Shown here piece after piece: positions 52,971-61,571 of a stretch of 64,000 nt of DNA. The position numbers and the translations under genes were made by a program. Source of the DNA: an uncultured Gemmatimonadales bacterium (GTDB lineage: Bacteria; Gemmatimonadota; Gemmatimonadetes; Longimicrobiales; Longimicrobiaceae); the NCBI GenBank assembly GCA_963716255.1, contig OY970303.1:1152001-1216000 (forward strand), in the 5' to 3' direction. Below the pieces are notes generated by a model. That model did not search any database. It saw nothing but the letters and a program-made list of their open reading frames with translations, and had not been told where the DNA came from. The first letter of the stretch is position 1, and the number at the start of each line of letters is the position of its first letter.

Positions 52971-53686
52971 CGGCCCCCACCGAGCGCGAGCTGGCGCTCA
53001 CGGCCAGGGCCGGCGACCCCGCCGCCCTGGAGCGCCTGGTCAAGAGCTTCCGCCGGCGGATCGAAACGTTGGCGCTGAAGATCGCGAAGCACGACGGCGA
53101 CCGGCGCGCCGATCTGGAGCAGGAGGGGCTACTCGCGGTGCTGGACGCGCTGCCGAAGTGGACCCCGGACCGCGGGGAGTTCGGAACGTTCGCGCATAAG
53201 ATCGCCGGCCGGGTCATGCGGGAAAAGAATTACCAGATTGTAAACCCCGTGGGCGGCTCACGTTGGCGCTACAAGACCAAGGCCGCACCGCTGGAACGGG
53301 CGGGCCTGCCCGGGGACGGACCGGGCGAGAGAGCGGAAGGGGCGGGGCCGCGTCGCGGCGGCAACCCGCTCGCGGTCGAGTCTTTCGAGCGGGAAACGGA
53401 CGCACGGGTCGACGTGGAGCGCCTTGTCGGGCTCCTCGACCCGGTGGAGCAGGCGCTCGTGCGCGCTCGCTTCGGGCTGGGCGACGGCACGCCCCGCAGC
53501 GTGGAACAACTCGCGGAGGAATTTGGGAAGGGGTCCGCGAAAACGGTGCAGCGTCGTCTGCGCCGGGCGCTGGACCGTATGAAGAGCGCCGCGACCGCGG
53601 CGCCAGGGCCCCGGGACGGGGAGAGTTCCCGGGAGCCTTCCACCCGCCGGCCTGGCCGGCAGAAAAAAGGTATGAGCCATGAGTGA
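52967..53686 (+). CDS. Sigma-70-family RNA polymerase sigma factor-like protein
   Basis: Region 2 ARAGDPAALERLV...DLEQEGLLAVLDALPKWTPDRGEFGTFA; region 4 LDPVEQALVRARFGLGDGTPRSVEQLAEEFG...LRRALDRMK. TTG start overlaps the primase stop. Confidence 0.85.
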   Translation: MTAPTERELALTARAGDPAALERLVKSFRRRIETLALKIAKHDGDRRADLEQEGLLAVLDALPKWTPDRGEFGTFAHKIAGRVMREKNYQIVNPVGGSRWRYKTKAAPLERAGLPGDGPGERAEGAGPRRGGNPLAVESFERETDARVDVERLVGLLDPVEQALVRARFGLGDGTPRSVEQLAEEFGKGSAKTVQRRLRRALDRMKSAATAAPGPRDGESSREPSTRRPGRQKKGMSHE

Positions 53687-54440
53687 TCGCACGCAGGGAA
53701 CACCGGAGACGCCGGGCGAGGACCTGGCCGCGCAGGTGCAGCGGCTCGCCGCCAAGGTGGCGGAGCTGGAAGGGCGGGAGGCGGACCGGCTCGCGCGGCT
53801 GGAGGAGTATTTTTCCCTTGTCCGCTCCACGGACGAGGTGCTGGCGGAGGAGCGCACCGCCGCCGATCGCGGCGCGCTCCAGGGGGCCGGAAACGAGTTT
53901 GTGAGCCTGTACCGGCACGTGCAGGGTGTGGAGCTGCGCCTACAGACGGAGGCCGTGCAGGGCTCGGCGGCACTCCGCGGCGAGGTGCTGCGGGTGCTCC
54001 AGCGCGAGACGGGCGCGGTTTGGGCGGAGTCGGAAGGGGCCGGGGCTGCACGCGACGTGCTGCGCCTCTACCTGGCGAATTTCCAAGGCCTCGTGCACGT
54101 GGCGCTGGAGCAGATCGTCGAGAACCAGCGCGCTCTCGACGAGGTGTGGGCGCATGCGCACACTACCCGGGCGCTCCTGCTGGCCCGGGAGGTGGGCGTC
54201 GACGCTGCAATGGCGTACCTGGCCGAAACGGAAGCGGCTCCCAAGCCGGCAGACTTCCGCGGGGTGCAGGACCCGGGCGGCGGCCTCTTCGGTTCGGACG
54301 TGCTCCGCGATCTCTTCGGGGGGTATCCTGTCCCGGAGCACGAGCAGGGGGAGGAGCCGGAGCCCCCGGTCGAGGGGGACGAGTGGAAGCTCGGCGGTGC
54401 GGTGCAGGATAGCGACGCCTGGCGGGACGGTGACGCATGA
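53679..54440 (+). CDS. Hypothetical helical protein (253 aa)
   Basis: Overlaps both neighbours in the rightward operon; protein-like composition; no motif recognised. Confidence 0.75.
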   Translation: MSDRTQGTPETPGEDLAAQVQRLAAKVAELEGREADRLARLEEYFSLVRSTDEVLAEERTAADRGALQGAGNEFVSLYRHVQGVELRLQTEAVQGSAALRGEVLRVLQRETGAVWAESEGAGAARDVLRLYLANFQGLVHVALEQIVENQRALDEVWAHAHTTRALLLAREVGVDAAMAYLAETEAAPKPADFRGVQDPGGGLFGSDVLRDLFGGYPVPEHEQGEEPEPPVEGDEWKLGGAVQDSDAWRDGDA

Positions 54441-54784
54441 GCCCCGCGGTAGAGGGGGCGCTCCTGTCGGCGCTCGGCGGGGATCGTCTCCCGCTGATTC
54501 GTGCCGTGCGGATCCTGTACGCTGATCCGGGCGCGTTCGTCCGCCAGTGCCGCGCACGGCTGGAGGCGGGCCACGTCACGCAGGCGGAGCTGGCGCGCCG
54601 TGCGGGGATCTCCGCGCCGAACCTGAGCAAAACGCTCATGTTACACGAGGCCCCGCAACTGGAGCGGATGATGCTCCTGGACGAGGCGCTGGCGGAGATC
54701 GAGGCGGACCGGGCGGCCGGTCGTCCCCCGGTGCGGGGGCCGCGGCCCCTGTTCGCCGGAGAGGGGCGGGGGCTGAACGTTTAA
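54437..54784 (+). CDS. XRE-family helix-turn-helix protein
   Basis: VTQAELARRAGISAPNLSKTL; ATGA overlap with the upstream gene; ends 13 bp before the att arm. Confidence 0.8.
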   Translation: MSPAVEGALLSALGGDRLPLIRAVRILYADPGAFVRQCRARLEAGHVTQAELARRAGISAPNLSKTLMLHEAPQLERMMLLDEALAEIEADRAAGRPPVRGPRPLFAGEGRGLNV

Positions 54785-54797
54785 ACGCCCGTTACAA

Positions 54798-54824
54798 GGG
54801 GTCTCTATAACACACTTATAGGAT
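54798..54824. other. Right attachment junction (attP arm GGGGTCTCTATAACACACT, then TAT, then core AGGAT)
   Basis: Inverted repeat of the left arm; comM 5' part begins at the core 54820-54824. Confidence 0.92.
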
Positions 54825-55475
54825 GTTGTGGCTCCCCGCCGCCGCCACCTCCAGCGCGCGCTTGACGTGGTCCTGCCCCTTCACGTCCGCGAAGTCGGCG
54901 TCGTACGCCGAGGTGGTGCGGAACAGCGCCTCCCGGTCCACCGTGGCGACGGGAAGGTCGGACGAGCCTTCCATGAAGCGCACGACCTGCTCCAGCGTCG
55001 CCGCGCCGCGCACCTCCAGGCCGTCCACGACCGCGGCCTCCGCCACGTTCGACTCGGGCACCACGATCCCCGTCAGCCCCGACTCGCGCGCCCGCAGCGC
55101 GATGGGGAGCGCCCCGCGGACCGGCCGCACTCCTCCGTCCAGGCTCAGCTCGCCCACCAGGGCGAACCGCTCCAGCCGCTCCACGCAGCGCATCTGCCCG
55201 GTGCTCGCCAGGATGCTGACCGCAATCGGCAGGTCGAAGGCGCTCCCGCTCTTGGGCACGTCCGAGGGGGCCAGGTTGATCGTGATGCGCTTGGGCGGGA
55301 TCAGGTAGCCGCTGTTCTGCACGGCCGAGATCACGCGCTCCCGTCCCTCCTTGACCGCTCCCTGGGGGAGACCCACGGTGGAAAAGGACGGCAGTCCGCT
55401 GGCGACGTCCGCCTCCACGATGACCGGATAGGCGTCGACGCCGAGCACGGCGCCGGAAAGGGCACGAGCAAGCAC
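54816..55475 (-). pseudogene. comM: 5' part of interrupted comM
   Basis: GTG 55475: LARALSGAVLGVDAYPVIVEADVASGLPSFSTVGLP...RITINLAP...FDLPIA...GELSLDG...DFADVKGQDHVKRALEVAAAGSHNIL, then an element-derived TAA. Confidence 0.95.
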
Positions 55476-55989
55476 GGGAAGGAGAGGTGGGGGGGAGGGA
55501 GGGGTGCACGGAGCGCGCGGACGGAACGAGATCGCCGCCGCACGCATCCCATCGGGGGCTACACGGTGGAGCCCGTGCCGTCGGCCAGCCGGACACGGGG
55601 AGGAGTATCGGCCGGCCGGCGGACGCGCTGGAGCCGGAAGGGAACCAAGGTCCCGGCGAGGGTCCAGGCCTCCACACCAGACCTTGTTTTCGGCTTTTGT
55701 TCGGTTTAACTTCGGTGCGGGAGCCAAAGCCGCTCCCGACGCAAGCTTCACGCACTCCCGCAGTACCGAGGCATGAACACCCTGGCGGCCCGGCAACGTC
55801 TTGCGGCGAAACGAGGTGCCCCCGGCCGGGGGCCGCCAGCGGGCGCGACCCCTGGCCCTGGCGCGGACGGCCAGTTGGCGACTCCACTTGTGGACATAGC
55901 GGCCGGCCTCTATTATTGCGCGTGTACTCACAGAGATAGTTTACGTAGAGCACAACGTGCTCCCCGACACCCCTGCGACGGAGGCCTCC

Positions 55990-56388
55990 ATGGCCGGCCG
56001 TAGCAGGGGTCTGTCCCTTGCCGTCCTGCGGCAGGCCCTGGAGCGCTGGGTCGAGAAGACCTCGCTGCGCCAGGCCGCCCGGGAGACCGGCATGAGCCCC
56101 ACGGGGCTGCGCAAGGTGCTCAGCGGCTCGCGCGTGCACGCCTCCACCGAGCGCAAGCTGCTCACCTGGTACCTTCGCCACCTGGCGCAGCAGGGCGACT
56201 GGGGCGCGCTCGACGCCGACACGGCCGCCGCGGCGCTGGCGCTGCTCACCGAGGGGCTGCTGCCGGGGACGCGCAGGTCGCTGGTGAGCACCTTCCTGGA
56301 GCGCATCGAGAAGGCCTACCGGGACGCGGGCCAGGTGGTGCCCCCCTGGGTGCAGACGCTGCGGAGCGAGGCTCCCGAGGCCGAGTAG
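55990..56388 (+). CDS. Small HTH DNA-binding protein
   Basis: ATG after GGAGG; TSLRQAARETGMSPTGLRKVLSG. Confidence 0.75.
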   Translation: MAGRSRGLSLAVLRQALERWVEKTSLRQAARETGMSPTGLRKVLSGSRVHASTERKLLTWYLRHLAQQGDWGALDADTAAAALALLTEGLLPGTRRSLVSTFLERIEKAYRDAGQVVPPWVQTLRSEAPEAE

Positions 56389-56535
56389 CCGCCGGACGAG
56401 AACGGGACGCGCGACGAGAACGGGGGCCCCCGCCGGGGCTCCCGTTTCCCGTTTCCCGTTGCCCGCGCGTGGGCCGGCGCCTATTCTCTTCGCGGGGAAC
56501 GGGCGCGGCGCGAACGGACACACGGAGGCAGCCAC

Positions 56536-57192
56536 ATGTGCGGACGCTACGGCGAGACGGAGGGCGCGGAGACCCTGGCGAGGCGCTTCAACGCGGCGCT
56601 GCGGGCCCCGGCAACCGAGCCCCGGTACAACATCGCTCCCACGCAGCACGCCCCGGTCCTCACCCTGGAGGACGGCGGGCTGAGCCTTTCGCTGTACCGC
56701 TGGGGGCTGCGCCCGGGCTGGGCAAAGGACAAGGCCCCCGAGCCCATCAACGCCCGCTCCGAGGACGCCGCGGCAAAGCCGTACTTCCGCGCCGCCTTCC
56801 GCTCACGGCGCTGCCTGGTCCCGGCCTCCGGCTTCTACGAGTGGCAGAAGACCGCCGACGGCAAGGTGCCGCACTGGATCCACCGGGCCGACGGCGAGCC
56901 GCTCACCTTCGCGGGGCTCTGGGAGGTGTGGGCGCCGCGCGACGCCGAGCCGGTGCACTCCTTCTGCATCCTCACCACCACGCCGAGCCCGGTGATGAGC
57001 CCCATCCACGACCGCATGCCCGTGATCCTGGAGGGCGACGCCCGCGACGCCTGGCTGGACCCGGCCGTGTCCGCGTCCGACCTCCAGGCGCTGATGCGGC
57101 CCTGGGACGGCGAGCTGCAGGCGTACCCGGTGTCCACCCGGGTCAACTCGCCGCGCAACGACGGGCCGGAGCTGATCGAGCGGGCGGGTTGA
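56536..57192 (+). CDS. SOS response-associated peptidase (SRAP/HMCES family)
   Basis: N-terminal MCGRY, RYNIAPTQ, INARSE, RCLVPASGFYEW, IHDRMPVIL, VNSPRND. Confidence 0.95.
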   Translation: MCGRYGETEGAETLARRFNAALRAPATEPRYNIAPTQHAPVLTLEDGGLSLSLYRWGLRPGWAKDKAPEPINARSEDAAAKPYFRAAFRSRRCLVPASGFYEWQKTADGKVPHWIHRADGEPLTFAGLWEVWAPRDAEPVHSFCILTTTPSPVMSPIHDRMPVILEGDARDAWLDPAVSASDLQALMRPWDGELQAYPVSTRVNSPRNDGPELIERAG

Positions 57193-57211
57193 ACTGCAAC
57201 TGCTACTGGAC

Positions 57212-57919
57212 GGCGGGGTTCGGACGTGTCCCCGGCTGGCGCCGGGGTCGGGCTGCGGCTCCGTAAGCCCGCAAACAACGCGGGCCAACGGAGTCGAGCC
57301 CCCGCGGAAACAGCCCCGCGGGGTCTCGCCCCTTCGGGCCGGCATCCCTCACGCGAGTCCCGCTCGGTAGCCAGTTCTCCCGCGTCGTAGCTGACGACTG
57401 CCCATCCGTCAGGCCGGTACCGCCGGCGTACTCGCCTCCAGCCGCGTCCCACCCACATACAGTCCCGCTCCCAACGTGAGCGCGGCCGCATCCACCATGG
57501 CCGGCCGAAGGGCCCTCACCCGGGTCGCTGGAGGCTCGCCACCCGGGTCCTTCATCCGGTTCACGCGAAGCGTGAAGCGCCATCCTGGGAGAGGGGGCCA
57601 AGAGCGGTGTGCTTCGGCGGGGTCCGGTGTTCGTGGTCGGCCGGGGGAGGCTCCTCCGGCAGTACGAAACCCGAAGGAACTCGCCAGAGCACTCGCCCGA
57701 CGCCCGAGTGAAGGCGGGATCACGCCGGCTTTGAACAAACGCACCGCCTGCGGACCCTCCCCCGACCTCCCGACGCAGATCCCAGGAACTTCAACGGCCC
57801 TGTCGTTGTCGTGCTCCCCCTCCCCCAGAATTGGGGGAGGGGGCCGGGGGGAGGGGGCCCCCAGCGGACGCCAGCTCGAAGCCCGGCCCCGGCGCCAGCC
57901 GGGGGCACGCCCGACCCGC
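57212..57919. repeat. Intergenic composite structured repeat, copy A
   Basis: Unit 57212-57356 and module 57511-57598 match 61083-61222 and 61290-61378. A partial inverted unit at 57877-57919 closes the region. REP-like hairpin at 57814-57857. Confidence 0.85.
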
Positions 57920-58033
57920 GCTCTTCCGTAGCAGTCCAACGATCCCGGCGCAAACGAGATCCTTGCGCGGGGCGGTGGGCCGGCGTAATCTGTTCCCCGT
58001 AACATTTCCGGGGAACGATTCCGAGGAGCGACG

Positions 58034-58366
58034 ATGGCCCGCGAAGATCTGCAGCTGCTGCAGGGAACGCTCGACGTGCTGGTGCTGAAGACCCTGTCGT
58101 GGGGGGCGCGGCACGGCTACGAGATCGCCCGCTGGATCAAGGACACCACCGACGCCGAGCTCCAGGTGGAGGACCGCGCGCTCTACGTGTCGCTTCACCG
58201 CATGGAAGAGCGGGGCTGGCTGGAGTGCGAGTGGGGAATGACGGAGAACAACCGCAAGGCCCGGTACTACCAGCTCACCGCCGAAGGGCGGAAGCAGCTC
58301 GCCGCGCAGACGAGCACGTGGGCGCGCTACGCGGCCGCCGTCTCCAAGGTCCTTCAAACCGCCTGA
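58034..58366 (+). CDS. PadR-family transcriptional regulator
   Basis: LLQGTLDVLVLKTL...HGYEIA...ALYVSLHRMEERGWL...NRKARYYQLTAEGRKQL. Confidence 0.95.
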   Translation: MAREDLQLLQGTLDVLVLKTLSWGARHGYEIARWIKDTTDAELQVEDRALYVSLHRMEERGWLECEWGMTENNRKARYYQLTAEGRKQLAAQTSTWARYAAAVSKVLQTA

Positions 58367-58379
58367 GGGGGAACGAGTC

Positions 58380-61070
58380 ATGGCACGCATCCCCGGGGTC
58401 CGCCCGGTGTTCCGGTTCCCCTCCTCGGAGGGGCGGGTGGCGGGCGAGGTGGAGGACGAGATCGCGTTCCACCTGGAGGAGCGCGCGCGGGAGCTGACCG
58501 CGCGCGGGATGGACCCGGCGGCCGCGCGCGCCGAGGCGCTGCGGGAGTTCGGGGACGTGCGCGAAGCGCAGGCGGAGCTGGAGGAGATCGGCCGGCGGCG
58601 GGTGCGGCACGAGGCGCGCACGGGGTGGTGGAGCGACCTGCTGCAGGACGCCCGCTACGCCTGGCGCGCCCTCCTCCGCTCGCCGGGGTTCACGGCAGTG
58701 GCGGTGCTCACGCTGGCGCTGGGGATCGGCGCGACCACGGCGATCTACACCGTGGTGGACGCGGTGCTGCTGAGGTCGCTGGGCGTGCCGGACGCGGAGC
58801 GGCTGGTGGTGCTGCGGGAAGCGGAGCGGGGCGCGGAGGGCGCGCCCGCCCGGGTGGGTACGGTGGGGCCGGCCAACTTCTTCGACTGGCAGGAGCAGTC
58901 CAGGTCGTTCGCGTCCATGGCGTACTTCGTCCTGTGGCCGCTGAACCTGACCGGCGACGGGGAGCCGCAGGAAACGCAGGTGCAGCTGACGAGCGCGAAC
59001 TTCTTTTCTACGCTGGGGGTGAAGCCGCTGCTGGGGCGCACCTTCCGCCCGGAGGAGGACGACCCGGGCGGGGAGCCCGTGGCCGTCGGCGACGTGGCCG
59101 TGCTGAGCTACGGCCTGTGGAAGACCCGCTACGGGGGCGACCCGGGGATCGTGGGGCGGACCCTCCGGCTCGACGGCGAGCCGGTGACGGTGGTGGGGGT
59201 GATGGGCCCCGGCTTCCGGGTGCTGAACCAGAAGCCGGACCTGTGGATGCCGCTGGCGATCACGCCGGGCGACCGGACGACGATGGGCCGCTTCGTGACG
59301 GCCGTCGGCCGGCTGAAGCCCGGGGTGACGCACGAGCGGGCGAGCGCCGAGATGGACCGGATCGCGCGCCGGCTGGAGGCGGCGTACCCCGAGTTCAACA
59401 CCAGCTCCCGCGTGTGGATCCAGCCGCTGCGCGAGGACGTGGTGGGGGAGGTGCGTCCGGCGCTGCTGGTGCTGCTGGGCGCGGTGGCGATGCTGCTGCT
59501 GATCGCCTGCACCAACGTGGCGAACCTGCTGCTGGGGCGGGCCAGCGCGAGACGCCAGGAGATCGCGGTGCGGCTCTCGCTGGGCGCCACGCGGGGGCGC
59601 GTGGTGCGGCAGCTTCTCACGGAAAGCGTGGTGCTGGCGCTGGTGGGCGGGGCGCTGGGGGTCGCGGCGGCGGCCGTGGGCACGCGGGCGCTGGTGCGCT
59701 CGCTCCCCGAATCGGCGCAGCTCCCCCGGCTGGACATGGTTTCCCTGGACGGCCGGCTGCTGGCGTTCGCGCTGGCCGTCACCCTGCTCACAGGGGTGAT
59801 CTTCGGGCTGGCCCCGGCGCTGGCGGCGAGCCGGGCCGATCTCCAGGGTACGCTGCGCGACAGCAGCCGCGGCACCACGGGAGGCGCGGGTGCGGTGCGG
59901 CTGCGCAACGCCCTGGTGGTGGCGGAGGTGGGGCTGGCGCTCATGCTCCTCGTGGGGGCGGGACTGCTGGTGCGGTCCTTCCAGAACCTGCAGGCGGTGG
60001 ATTCGGGGATGCGGGCCGAGGGGGTGCTCGCCCTGCGCATGAACCTCTCCTCCGATGCGTACAGCGGCGAAGGTGCGGTGCAGGGCTTCATGCAGCGCCT
60101 GGTCCCGGCGCTGGAGGGGCTGCCGGGAGTGCAGGCGGTGGGGAGCATCCAGTTCCTCCCGCTCACGGGCGCAAAGTCGGGGACCACCGCCTGGCGGGCC
60201 GACCGCCCCAAGCCCGCGCCGGACCGGGAAAAGGGCGCGGACATCCGGGCGGTGGGCGGGGACTACTTCCAGGCGCAGGGGGTCCGCCTGCTGCGGGGGC
60301 GCGCCTTCGGCGACCGCGACCACGCGGAGTCGGCGCCGGTCGTCGTCATCAACGAGGCGCTCGCGCGCGAGCAGTTCCCGGGCGAGGACCCCGTCGGCAG
60401 GCGCCTGGTCTTCGACTGGGACGCCGACACCGAGGCGGAGATCGTGGGCGTGGTGGACGACGTGCACGAGATGTCGCTGACGGACGCGCCGTCGCCCGCG
60501 TTCTACCGGCCGCTCACGCAGCATCCCGACGGCAACCTCAACGTGCTGGTGCGCACCACGGGCGACCCGATGGCGCTCGCGGGAGCGGTCCGGGCGGAGG
60601 TGAAGGCGCTCGACCCCGACCTGCCGGTGGCCAGCGTGCGGACCATGGAGTCGGTGGTCGCGGACGCCACGGCGCGGTCGCGGCTGAGCAGCTACCTGCT
60701 GGCCGGCTTCGCGGCCATCGCGCTCCTCCTGGCCGCCATCGGGCTCTACGGCATCATCTCGTACGGGGTGGCGCAGCGCCGGGGGGAGATCGGCGTGCGG
60801 GTGGCGCTCGGGGCCGACCGGGGCTCCATCCTGGGGCTGATCGTGCGCCAGGGGATGGCGCTGACGGCGGTGGGGCTGGCCGTGGGGCTGGTGGGCGCGC
60901 TCGCCCTCACGCGGCTGCTGCGCTCGCTGCTGTTCGGCGTGGGCGCGGCCGATCCCGTCACGTTTTTCGCGGTGCCGCTCCTCCTCGCGGCGGTGGCGCT
61001 CCTGGCCAGCTACGTGCCCGCCAACCGTGCCGCCCGCACGGATCCGGCCGTGGCGCTGAGGGCACAGTAA
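58380..61070 (+). CDS. ADOP-family (duplicated MacB/FtsX) ABC transporter permease
   Basis: EIAFHLE prefix, DARYAWRALLRSPGF, LLIACTNVANLLL, EIAVRLSLGA, second EIGVRVALGA, PANRAARTDP; follows padR. Confidence 0.95.
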   Translation: MARIPGVRPVFRFPSSEGRVAGEVEDEIAFHLEERARELTARGMDPAAARAEALREFGDVREAQAELEEIGRRRVRHEARTGWWSDLLQDARYAWRALLRSPGFTAVAVLTLALGIGATTAIYTVVDAVLLRSLGVPDAERLVVLREAERGAEGAPARVGTVGPANFFDWQEQSRSFASMAYFVLWPLNLTGDGEPQETQVQLTSANFFSTLGVKPLLGRTFRPEEDDPGGEPVAVGDVAVLSYGLWKTRYGGDPGIVGRTLRLDGEPVTVVGVMGPGFRVLNQKPDLWMPLAITPGDRTTMGRFVTAVGRLKPGVTHERASAEMDRIARRLEAAYPEFNTSSRVWIQPLREDVVGEVRPALLVLLGAVAMLLLIACTNVANLLLGRASARRQEIAVRLSLGATRGRVVRQLLTESVVLALVGGALGVAAAAVGTRALVRSLPESAQLPRLDMVSLDGRLLAFALAVTLLTGVIFGLAPALAASRADLQGTLRDSSRGTTGGAGAVRLRNALVVAEVGLALMLLVGAGLLVRSFQNLQAVDSGMRAEGVLALRMNLSSDAYSGEGAVQGFMQRLVPALEGLPGVQAVGSIQFLPLTGAKSGTTAWRADRPKPAPDREKGADIRAVGGDYFQAQGVRLLRGRAFGDRDHAESAPVVVINEALAREQFPGEDPVGRRLVFDWDADTEAEIVGVVDDVHEMSLTDAPSPAFYRPLTQHPDGNLNVLVRTTGDPMALAGAVRAEVKALDPDLPVASVRTMESVVADATARSRLSSYLLAGFAAIALLLAAIGLYGIISYGVAQRRGEIGVRVALGADRGSILGLIVRQGMALTAVGLAVGLVGALALTRLLRSLLFGVGAADPVTFFAVPLLLAAVALLASYVPANRAARTDPAVALRAQ

Positions 61071-61082
61071 ACGGCTGGCTCC

Positions 61083-61549
61083 GGCGGGTTCGGGCGTGCC
61101 CCCGGCTGGCGCCGGGGTCGGGCTTCGGCTCCGTAAGCGAGCAGACTACGCTCGCAAACGGAGTCGAGCCCCGGCAAACTGCCGCCGGGTCTCGCCCCTT
61201 CGGGCCGAAATCCCTCACGCGACTCCGTGCCCGGCCTCGGCGTTCCGCGGGCGCCCGGCTCACGCGGATGCCCTGTCGTGCGGGCCGGCGGCCCTCACCC
61301 GGCTCGCTTGAGGCTCGCCACCTTCTCCCTATCATCCGGTTCACGCGAAGCGTGAAGCGCCATTTTGGGAGAGGGGGCAACGGCTGGATCCTGAGAACGG
61401 ACAGGCACTTGCGTGAGGGATTACGGCCCGGAGGGGCGAGACCGCGCGGCTGTTTGCGCGGGCTCGACTCCGTTGCAGACGGTCGTTTCGTCTGCTACGG
61501 AGCCGAAGCCCGACCCCGGCGCCAGCCGGGGGCACGCCCGGACCCCGCC
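61083..61549. repeat. Intergenic composite structured repeat, copy B
   Basis: Direct unit 61083-61222, module 61290-61378 and full inverted unit 61411-61549. Confidence 0.85.
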
Positions 61550-61571
61550 CGTCAAAAGCCGTTCAAGAACC

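Larger units (their letters stand above)
39381..54824. mobile_element. 15,444-bp serine-integrase element inserted in comM; phage-satellite-like
   Basis: Bounded by the duplicated AGGAT core and inverted att arms, and splits comM in frame. Carries integrase, origin, primase-helicase, sigma factor and virion-associated genes. Visibly more A/T than the flanks. Confidence 0.93.

Noticed and set aside
39381..54824. Interpretation as a complete prophage or as an ICE/IME
   Set aside because: No recognisable capsid, portal, large terminase, tail or lysis genes, and no relaxase or T4SS genes.
55476..55931. N-terminal extension of the comM ORF in the track
   Set aside because: ComM similarity starts at GTG 55475; the extension is open only because of high GC.
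56536..57192. SRAP gene as cargo of the mobile element
   Set aside because: It lies outside the att sites, beyond the comM 5' half, and has host-like codon usage.
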